16,099 nucleotides of DNA. Source: an uncultured Bacilli bacterium (GTDB taxonomy: Bacteria; Bacillota_I; Bacilli_A; RF39; UBA660). Numbering within the stretch: position 1 is the stretch's first letter; each line of letters opens with the position of its first letter. The position numbers and the translations under genes are program-made. The notes beneath the pieces are model-generated. The model saw only the letters and a list, made by a program, of their open reading frames with translations. It was not told where the DNA came from and ran no database searches. Location: positions 1 to 16,099 of the forward strand of contig CANQFE010000026.1 of the NCBI GenBank assembly GCA_947598285.1, written 5' to 3'. This document shows, one piece after another, positions 6,824 through 12,841 of the stretch.

Positions 6824-9301
6824 ATGGCAAAGAAAAAAGAAGAAAAGTCAATTGTGGAAAAAATAAGTGATTATAGTTTAGAAGAAATTATGGAAACAGG
6901 TTTTGCAAGATACTCCAAAGAAATTATTCAAGAAAGAGCTTTACCTGATGTAAGAGATGGTCTAAAACCAGTTCAACGTCGTATTTTATATGCAATGCAT
7001 TTGTTTCATTATACACATGATAAACCTCATCGAAAAAGTGCCAAAGCCGTGGGAGATATTATGGGTAATTTCCATCCTCATGGAGATTCTTCCATTTATG
7101 ATGCGATGATTCGAATGAGTCAAAAATGGAAAATGCGTGAAGTTTTTATTGATATTCATGGCAATAATGGCTCGATTGATGGCGATGGACCAGCCGCGAT
7201 GCGTTATACCGAAGCAAGACTTTCCAAAATAGCTGAAACAATGATGGATTCCATAAAAAAAGACACCGTCGAAATGGCTTATAATTTTGATGATACGGAA
7301 TTAGAGCCAACCGTTTTACCAGCTGGATTTCCTAATTTGCTAGTGAATGGTTCAACTGGTATTTCAGCAGGATATGCGACCAATATCCCAACTCATAATT
7401 TAAGTGAAGTGATTGACGCGACGATTAAAAGAATCGATTCACCTAACTGTAAATTAGAAACAATTATGGAAATTATGCCGGGACCAGATTTCCCAACGGG
7501 CGGTGTTGTGGAAGGAAAAGAAGGTCTTGTTGAAGCTTATACGACAGGAAAAGGAAAAGTGGTTGTGAAATCTCAAACCGAAATCGTAGATAGTGGCAGT
7601 AAAAAACAAATCATTGTTCATTCCATTCCTTACGAAGTCATCAAAGAACAACTGATGAAAAAGATTATTGAAATTAAAGTCGATAAAAAAATTGAGGGAA
7701 TTAGTGATGTCATTGATGAAAGTGATGCCGACCATATGGCGCGAATCATCATTGATTTAAAAAAAGATGCCAATCCCAATTTAATCCTTAGTTATTTACT
7801 AAAAAATACCGATTTACAAATCAATTATAACTTTAATATGGTCGCGATTGTAAATAGAAGACCAAAATTAGTTGGTGTTTTAGATATTTTAGATGCTTTT
7901 ATTACTCACCAAAGAGAAGTAATAAGAAGAAGAACTGAATTTGATTTAAATAAAGCTAAATTTGATTTTCATATTTTAGAAGGTTTGATGAAGGCCATTA
8001 GTATTTTAGATGAAGTAATCGCGACTATCCGGAAAAGTAAAAACAAAGCCGATTCCATTGACAATTTATGCAAAAATTTTGATTTTACTTATGACCAAAG
8101 TAAAGCCATTGTTGAATTACAACTTTATCGTTTAAGTAATACAGATATTGAAGAAATCAAAGAAAGAATGAAAGAACTAGAAAAAAATATGCATATTTGG
8201 ACCCAGATTTTAGAAAATGAAGAAGCCTTAAAACATGTCATGAAAACAGAATTAAGATTATTAAAGAAAGAATATGGAAATCCTCGCCGAACTGAAATCA
8301 AAGAAGAAGTAACTGAAATTAAAATTGACATGAAAAGTATGATTCCAAAAGAAAAAGTGGTTGTTTTAATTACCAAAGAAGGATATGTAAAAAGAGTAAG
8401 TAATAAATCCTTCATAGCTAATAATGAAGAACCAGCAATGAAACCAGGAGATTATATCACTGCTTTATTTGATGTAACGACCCAAGACCATCTGCTATTG
8501 TTTACTAATTTAGGAAATTATATTTTCTTACCAGTTCATAAAATTCCAGAAGCTAAATGGAAAGAAATCGGAAAACATATCAATAATATTGTCACGATGA
8601 CTCCAGAAGAAAAAATCGTCGCGTCCTTTATTTACCAAAAAGAAGAAAAAATTGTTAGTGTTACCAAAAATGGTATGATTAAAAAAACCAAAGCTAGTGA
8701 CTATGAAGTAAGTAGAACGAGCAAAGCCATGATTTCGATGAAACTAAAAGAACACGATGAAGTCGTAAAAGTTGTAAGTGCTAAGACGAATATCATGGTA
8801 GTTACCAAAAATGGCTATTATTGTAACTTTAATTCCATTGAAATTCCTTTGGTTGGTGTAAGAGGTTCTGGAGTAAAAGCCATATCCTTAAAAGAAGATG
8901 AAGTTGTATCTTTAATCACATGGCAAGAAGAAGAATATTTAACTATTTTTACGAATCAAAAAACTGCAAAAAGAATAAAACTAAGCGAAATGGATATAAC
9001 AGGACGAGCCAAAAGAGGAAGTACACTTCTAAAAAAAGTAAAAAGTGTTCCTTACTTCGTTTTAAGTGCATTTGTAAGTGATGCAAGAAGCCTTCTTACT
9101 GTTGTAGAAGAAGAAAATACAATAGAGTTGAAAAACAGTGAAATTCCAATTATGGATACTGCGAGCACAGGTTCTGTGATTACCAAAAAGAAAATGATAG
9201 ATGCTTTTTTAAAAGTAAATTTAGTAAGTAATCAAAAAGAAGAAAATGCTTCTATAGAAAAAGAAGTTCAACTCGATTTTAATATTGAAGATTTTAAATG
9301 A
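6824..9301 (+). CDS. parC: DNA topoisomerase IV subunit A
   Basis: 825 aa. FARYSKEIIQERALPDVRDGLKPVQRRILYAM is the Gram-positive ParC-type N-terminus (GyrA has SYLDYAMSVIV..RALPD and PVHRR). The QRDR is HPHGDSSIYDAMIRMSQ and the catalytic Tyr lies in AAMRYTEARL. I saw no GyrA-box (QRRGGKG) at the start of the C-terminal domain. AGGTGA RBS; 8-nt gap after parE. Confidence 0.88.
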   Translation: MAKKKEEKSIVEKISDYSLEEIMETGFARYSKEIIQERALPDVRDGLKPVQRRILYAMHLFHYTHDKPHRKSAKAVGDIMGNFHPHGDSSIYDAMIRMSQKWKMREVFIDIHGNNGSIDGDGPAAMRYTEARLSKIAETMMDSIKKDTVEMAYNFDDTELEPTVLPAGFPNLLVNGSTGISAGYATNIPTHNLSEVIDATIKRIDSPNCKLETIMEIMPGPDFPTGGVVEGKEGLVEAYTTGKGKVVVKSQTEIVDSGSKKQIIVHSIPYEVIKEQLMKKIIEIKVDKKIEGISDVIDESDADHMARIIIDLKKDANPNLILSYLLKNTDLQINYNFNMVAIVNRRPKLVGVLDILDAFITHQREVIRRRTEFDLNKAKFDFHILEGLMKAISILDEVIATIRKSKNKADSIDNLCKNFDFTYDQSKAIVELQLYRLSNTDIEEIKERMKELEKNMHIWTQILENEEALKHVMKTELRLLKKEYGNPRRTEIKEEVTEIKIDMKSMIPKEKVVVLITKEGYVKRVSNKSFIANNEEPAMKPGDYITALFDVTTQDHLLLFTNLGNYIFLPVHKIPEAKWKEIGKHINNIVTMTPEEKIVASFIYQKEEKIVSVTKNGMIKKTKASDYEVSRTSKAMISMKLKEHDEVVKVVSAKTNIMVVTKNGYYCNFNSIEIPLVGVRGSGVKAISLKEDEVVSLITWQEEEYLTIFTNQKTAKRIKLSEMDITGRAKRGSTLLKKVKSVPYFVLSAFVSDARSLLTVVEEENTIELKNSEIPIMDTASTGSVITKKKMIDAFLKVNLVSNQKEENASIEKEVQLDFNIEDFK

Positions 9302-9341
9302 TAAAAAATGATTTTCGACATAAAATATGGTAGGTGATTTT

Positions 9342-9704
9342 ATGAACGAGAAAAAAGAAGAATTTAAATCATTTGCCAAAATGCATCCTGAATTAATTAA
9401 TTATGTCAAAAATGGGGAAATGTCATGGCAAAAATTTTATGAAATTTATGATATTTATGGACCAAATGATTCTGCTTGGAACTCGTATTTTAAAACAACA
9501 GAAAATACGGTAAATAATGACGCAATGGGAGCAATCACCAATAAAATCCGTAATATCAATATGAATTCAATTCAAGAACACATTAAAACTGCTCAAAAAG
9601 CTTTAAATTTAGTCAGTGAACTAACAGGCAAAGCAGAGTCTTCGATTGGAAATGTCACACCACCAAAAGTTCCAAGACCAATTAATCAATTTTTCGAGGA
9701 TTAG
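9342..9704 (+). CDS. ylbD: YlbD-like small protein (YlbD_coat family)
   Basis: The EEFKSFAKMHPELINYVKNGEMSWQKFYEIYDIYGPNDSAWNSY pattern and the PRPINQFFED C-terminus match my recollection of B. subtilis YlbD. I prefer the ATG at 9342 (TAGGTGA RBS 5 nt upstream) to the track start at 9327. Confidence 0.55.
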   Translation: MNEKKEEFKSFAKMHPELINYVKNGEMSWQKFYEIYDIYGPNDSAWNSYFKTTENTVNNDAMGAITNKIRNINMNSIQEHIKTAQKALNLVSELTGKAESSIGNVTPPKVPRPINQFFED

Positions 9705-9705
9705 T

Positions 9706-9927
9706 ATGGAATTAGAATTACAAAAGAAAATGATTGATACTCCTAAAATGTATCAACACTTAAAAGAAAACTCTTATTGGATTAAATATTTAAATCGGGA
9801 TGCCAATTCTTATAAAGAATTTGTAGAACAAATGAAAGAATTATATCATGAAAGAACAACAGATAAAATTAGTGATGCCATTGATAACCTTGATTTAGTA
9901 AGCAATGTCTTAATGTCTTTGAAATAG
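9706..9927 (+). CDS. ylbE: YlbE-like small protein
   Basis: 73 aa. YQHLKENSYWIKYLNRDANSYKEFVEQMKELYHERTTDKI resembles the YlbE family (..REQPYWYR.L.R.P ... Y.KT). The ATG at 9706 has a GAGGA RBS (9696-9700) and follows the ylbD-like stop (9702-9704) by 1 nt. The track start at 9646 would overlap the previous gene by 59 nt. Confidence 0.55.
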   Translation: MELELQKKMIDTPKMYQHLKENSYWIKYLNRDANSYKEFVEQMKELYHERTTDKISDAIDNLDLVSNVLMSLK

Positions 9928-9932
9928 AAATG

Positions 9933-9960
9933 AAAAGCTTAAGTTTTGCTTTTTTCTTTT
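9933..9960 (+). terminator. Possible weak terminator after the ylbD/ylbE-like pair
   Basis: AAAAGC (9933-9938), a 9-nt loop, GCTTTT (9948-9953), running into TTTCTTTT. It is a short AU-rich stem. Confidence 0.3.
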
Positions 9961-9983
9961 GGAAAAAAAATAAGAGTCATAAA

Positions 9984-10012
9984 TTGACATTTCATAAAAA
10001 ATTGGGTAGAAT
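9984..10012 (+). promoter_or_regulatory. Near-consensus sigma-A-type promoter
   Basis: TTGACA (9984-9989), exactly 17-nt spacer, TAGAAT (10007-10012). It lies ~20 nt upstream of the AGGTGA RBS and ATG at 10032. Confidence 0.5.
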
Positions 10013-10031
10013 AAAACTCCAGGTGAAAGAA

Positions 10032-10460
10032 ATGAAAGAAATCAAAATGCAATACCGAATAGGCACACATTCTTATACCAAAGAAATTCCTTTTTTAAAT
10101 ATGAGTCTTTTAGAAAAACAATTTTCTCTTTCCATCCCTTTAATTACTGGAGCTACCTTAAGTTGGAAAATGAAAAAAAAATATGAAAATTATAATATTT
10201 ATGTAGGCAAAGAAATTTCTTTAAATCATATTGATGAAGAAAAATATAAATTAGAAAAATATCAAATTTCTTTAGAAGAATTAGCTGATTTAGCTGTAAA
10301 AGGTTATAAAAGAGCCTGTATTTTAAACTTTAAAAAATATGATCAAGTGATTGTTGGTGTGGAAGAAAATGCCTTAGTAGTTCCTGATTATTTTGCCTTA
10401 AAAAAAACCTTTTTTCAAATGAAACATATGATAGAAAGTATTTCAAAGGAAAGCTTATAA
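10032..10460 (+). CDS. Hypothetical protein (142 aa), no recognisable motifs
   Basis: I chose the ATG at 10032 (AGGTGAAAGAA-ATG) because the 5' extension to 9930 would run through the predicted terminator and promoter and encodes a basic, low-complexity peptide. Coding is inferred only from ORF length and the RBS. Confidence 0.5.
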   Translation: MKEIKMQYRIGTHSYTKEIPFLNMSLLEKQFSLSIPLITGATLSWKMKKKYENYNIYVGKEISLNHIDEEKYKLEKYQISLEELADLAVKGYKRACILNFKKYDQVIVGVEENALVVPDYFALKKTFFQMKHMIESISKESL

Positions 10461-10536
10461 ATTAAGCAATATAATAATTAATACTCTTTGGAGAGTGTGA
10501 AAAATTCTAAAAATAAATTTCAAATATAACATGATT

Positions 10537-12415
10537 GATAAAAAATATAAGGGAGGTTTGTATGAATTATAATGTCGATTTTGATATAGAATTAACTTTA
10601 CTTTCAGCAGAAGAAATTTTTGGGAAAAATAAATTAGATGTTCTAAGAAAATATGGAACTTCATCTGCAATTACTGATTTAGCTATTTTAACTGGGGGTG
10701 ATTGCTGTAATATGACTCTTGGTCCTAGTTTAAAAGACCGTACGGGACCGTATTATACAAAATCTCCTGGTATTAATGGAAAGGTACTGGGCATTTATGG
10801 AGATGGTGAAAGAGCTAGCTTTCATCCATGTATTCGCAGTATTGCTATTCGTCCCGTTATAAAAAACTCTACAATCTTTGATTCTCTCTATCCAAACAGA
10901 ATAAAGGATTATAATGGATGTGAAGTAGTGGAGTTCGGAGAGTATCCTCAATATACTCCAATCTTCGATGTACAAGAATTATTAGAAAAAGAATATCAAG
11001 TAATAGGTTTACGTAAAACAGGGAGAAAATATACTTTTGATTCTACAGCTTCTGATAATTATTCCCAATCTTTTCAACCTGTTACTTATAATGAATATGA
11101 ACATAAAGGGAAAAAATATATTAGAGTAGAAGCAAGATCCCGTTTTAGCTATTTTCAGTTATCAAATGAGCAAAAATATAAAAATGGAGATAATGTATGG
11201 GTAGAAGTCTCTCCAGTTGTATGGTTGATAGATGAGGAAACAAAAAGTTTGGTATGTAAAAGAGGAATTTTGTCTGGAATCCTATTTCATACAGGTTCTA
11301 AAAAATACAATGGTGATTTTAAAACAACAGAAATGAAAAAATATTTAGATAAACATATGTCAAAAGAATTATTTCAAAACATAACATTGGAAGAATATCA
11401 AAAACCAGAAGAACAAGAAATAAAAGCTAAAAAAAGAATAAACCCTTATGGATTAAAGTTTAACAATGTAAGTGAAGAAGATATAATAAAAGGATCGATT
11501 GAAAGTGGAGTTCCTGTATTTTTACATGGACCATCAAGTGAAGGAAAAAGTGCTAGAGTAAAACAAATTGATCCCGATTGTACAATTATTTATTTAAGAA
11601 ATGCAACACCTGATAGTTTGAATGGCAAAAGTGTTTATCATTCAGAAACAGGAGAAATGATAGATGTAAAACCAACATGGTTAAAAAAATTAGAAACGAA
11701 ATGTGAAAATGAACCAGAGAAATTACATATCGTATTCTTTGATGAACTTACAAATGCATTACCAAGTATCCAAGGAATTGCTTTTAATATAATATTAGAT
11801 AAAGAAGTGAATGGAATATGGAAGTTACCAGAGAATGCCAGAATCGTTGCAGCAGGAAATGAAATGAAAGATTCCTTATCAGCCAATCAACTATCTGAAC
11901 CATTATTTAATCGATTTGCCCATGTTTATATAAAAACAACTACAGAAAGTTGGTTACAATGGGCAAGTGAACATCATATTCATCCAGCAATTTATTCATA
12001 TATAGCATATAAAAAGGGAAAAACATTAAGAAGTAAATATGATGGCGAAAAACCAAATGCTGATCCAAGGAAATGGGAAATGGCCTCAAAGATGCTTTAT
12101 GCTACAGGAAAACCAGAGATGTTAAGAGCTTTAGTAGGAGAAGAAATTACGAAAGATTTTGTAGAGTTTTGTAAGCAAGAAGTAATCACATTAAAAGATG
12201 TGCTACAAGATAACTATAGCAAAGAAGATATTCAAAGACTCAATACAGCATCGAAATATGCAACAGCAGTAACATTATCTCAAGTAGATGAAGAGAATAT
12301 GGCAAAGGTAAGGCAATTCATTACAAATTTAGGAGCAGAATTTGTAGCAATATTTGATTCATTATGGAGTCAAGAAAATGAATCAAGATTAGAACAAGTT
12401 TTAGAACAAAGACTT
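10537..12415 (+). repeat. Direct duplication, copy A (RBS plus almost the whole ATPase gene); perfect core at 11422-12328
   Basis: Aligned by eye to 14160-16045 (offset 3623-3624 at the 5' end, 3630 after a 6-nt indel). Every 60-nt row from 11422 to 12328 is identical to 15052-15958. Confidence 0.95.
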
Positions 12416-12436
12416 GTATTAGGAGGTAAACGCTAA
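10562..12436 (+). CDS. AAA+ ATPase of the MoxR/AAA_5 type with a ~285-aa N-terminal extension (DUF6273-like modules); paralogue A
   Basis: ATG at 10562 with a GGGAGG RBS; the track start at 10535 is a TTG. Walker A is GPSSEGKS (11528-11551). Walker B is HIVFFDELTNA (D394 E395 at 11741-11746). There is a sensor-1-like ARIVAAGN and an Arg-finger-like EPLFNRFAHVYI, followed by a helical C-terminal region. The N-terminus carries AITDLAILTGG ... PYYTKSP ... IRPVIK and EFGEYPQ ... VVWLIDEE ... TTEMKKYLDKHMSKELF. Confidence 0.8.
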   Translation: MNYNVDFDIELTLLSAEEIFGKNKLDVLRKYGTSSAITDLAILTGGDCCNMTLGPSLKDRTGPYYTKSPGINGKVLGIYGDGERASFHPCIRSIAIRPVIKNSTIFDSLYPNRIKDYNGCEVVEFGEYPQYTPIFDVQELLEKEYQVIGLRKTGRKYTFDSTASDNYSQSFQPVTYNEYEHKGKKYIRVEARSRFSYFQLSNEQKYKNGDNVWVEVSPVVWLIDEETKSLVCKRGILSGILFHTGSKKYNGDFKTTEMKKYLDKHMSKELFQNITLEEYQKPEEQEIKAKKRINPYGLKFNNVSEEDIIKGSIESGVPVFLHGPSSEGKSARVKQIDPDCTIIYLRNATPDSLNGKSVYHSETGEMIDVKPTWLKKLETKCENEPEKLHIVFFDELTNALPSIQGIAFNIILDKEVNGIWKLPENARIVAAGNEMKDSLSANQLSEPLFNRFAHVYIKTTTESWLQWASEHHIHPAIYSYIAYKKGKTLRSKYDGEKPNADPRKWEMASKMLYATGKPEMLRALVGEEITKDFVEFCKQEVITLKDVLQDNYSKEDIQRLNTASKYATAVTLSQVDEENMAKVRQFITNLGAEFVAIFDSLWSQENESRLEQVLEQRLVLGGKR

Positions 12437-12831
12437 TGAATCAAGATAAAATAAACCTTTTAAAAAATTATATTTCGGCTAACGTTGCACCTATCCTAAT
12501 AGATTTTGTTTCTGATATTCATCTTTCAAATTCAATTTCGATACCAGCAAATTGTGATGAATCAGATTTTAATGGGCATTTTCTTGGAAAAGAGTTTTTA
12601 CCACCTAAATGGTATTATGAATTAATTCATAAAAAAGATACCAAAGTAATTGTTATTAATAATATTGATAGTATTTCAAAAGAAGAACAATTAAAATTTA
12701 AAGAGTTACTAAAGTATAAGCAAGTCGCAACATTTAAAATACCAGAAAAAACAAGAATTATTTTAACAGCTAAAAAGGTGAATAAAAATACCATCAATGA
12801 AGAAATATATTCTTTAGTCGCGCATATTTGA
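12436..12831 (+). CDS. Small protein (131 aa) resembling a degenerate AAA+ half-domain with no Walker A and Walker B DE replaced by NN
   Basis: TAATG overlap with the upstream stop (12434-12436 / 12436-12438), with AGGAGG at 12421-12426. The C-terminal 75 aa (PPKWYYELIHKKDTKVIVINNIDSISKEEQLKFKELLKYKQVATFKIPEKTRIILTAKK..INEEIYSLVAHI) align by eye with the upstream ATPase segment PTWLKKLE..KLHIVFFDELTNALPSIQGIAFNIILDKEVNGIWKLPENARIVAAGN..LSEPLFNRFAHVYI. Confidence 0.6.
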   Translation: MNQDKINLLKNYISANVAPILIDFVSDIHLSNSISIPANCDESDFNGHFLGKEFLPPKWYYELIHKKDTKVIVINNIDSISKEEQLKFKELLKYKQVATFKIPEKTRIILTAKKVNKNTINEEIYSLVAHI

Positions 12832-12841
12832 AGGTAAGATT

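Noticed and set aside
7454-8415. Minus-strand ORFs 7454-7735 and 8125-8415 inside parC
   Set aside because: They are antisense to parC and have Phe/Asn/Ile/Ser-rich mirror composition with no independent support.
4908-9301. Alternative call of this type IIA topoisomerase pair as gyrB-gyrA
   Set aside because: The A subunit has the F.RYSK.IIQERALPD and PVQRR N-terminus and a ParC-like QRDR (HPHGDSSIYDAM.RMSQ). It has no visible GyrA box. The locus is not next to dnaA/dnaN/recF. The distinction should still be confirmed by phylogeny.
10173-10181. A9 homopolymer inside the hypothetical gene as a phase-variation tract
   Set aside because: Runs of 8-11 A or T are frequent throughout this AT-rich window, including in housekeeping genes and terminators, and there is no evidence of length heterogeneity.
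10481-10498. Inverted repeat ATACTCT-TTGG-AGAGTGT upstream of the first ATPase gene, considered as a terminator
   Set aside because: The stem is short (7 bp with a wobble) and no T-tract follows it. It might be an operator, but I cannot support that from the sequence alone.
10700-10846. Diversity-generating retroelement (DGR) as the source of the hypervariable patch
   Set aside because: There is no reverse transcriptase or template repeat in the window. Differences are not restricted to adenine-templated positions and include an indel and wholesale replacement.
10455-10975. Minus-strand ORFs 10455-10670 and 10730-10975
   Set aside because: They overlap the RBS and 5' region of the ATPase gene on the opposite strand and have hydrophobic, low-complexity translations. 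The plus-strand frame carries conserved motifs shared with the paralogue.
11638-11886. Identical 82-aa minus-strand ORFs at 11638-11886 and 15268-15516
   Set aside because: Their identity is a trivial consequence of lying inside the 907-bp perfect repeat. They are antisense to the Walker B/sensor region of the ATPases. ORF 13188-13382 (-) inside the vWA gene is rejected for the same kind of reason.
10562-12436. McrB-like GTPase / McrBC-type restriction system
   Set aside because: AAA_5 includes McrB, but there is no McrC-like or PD-(D/E)xK nuclease partner and no DNA-binding N-domain that I recognise. The partner is a vWA-metallopeptidase, which points to the MoxR branch.
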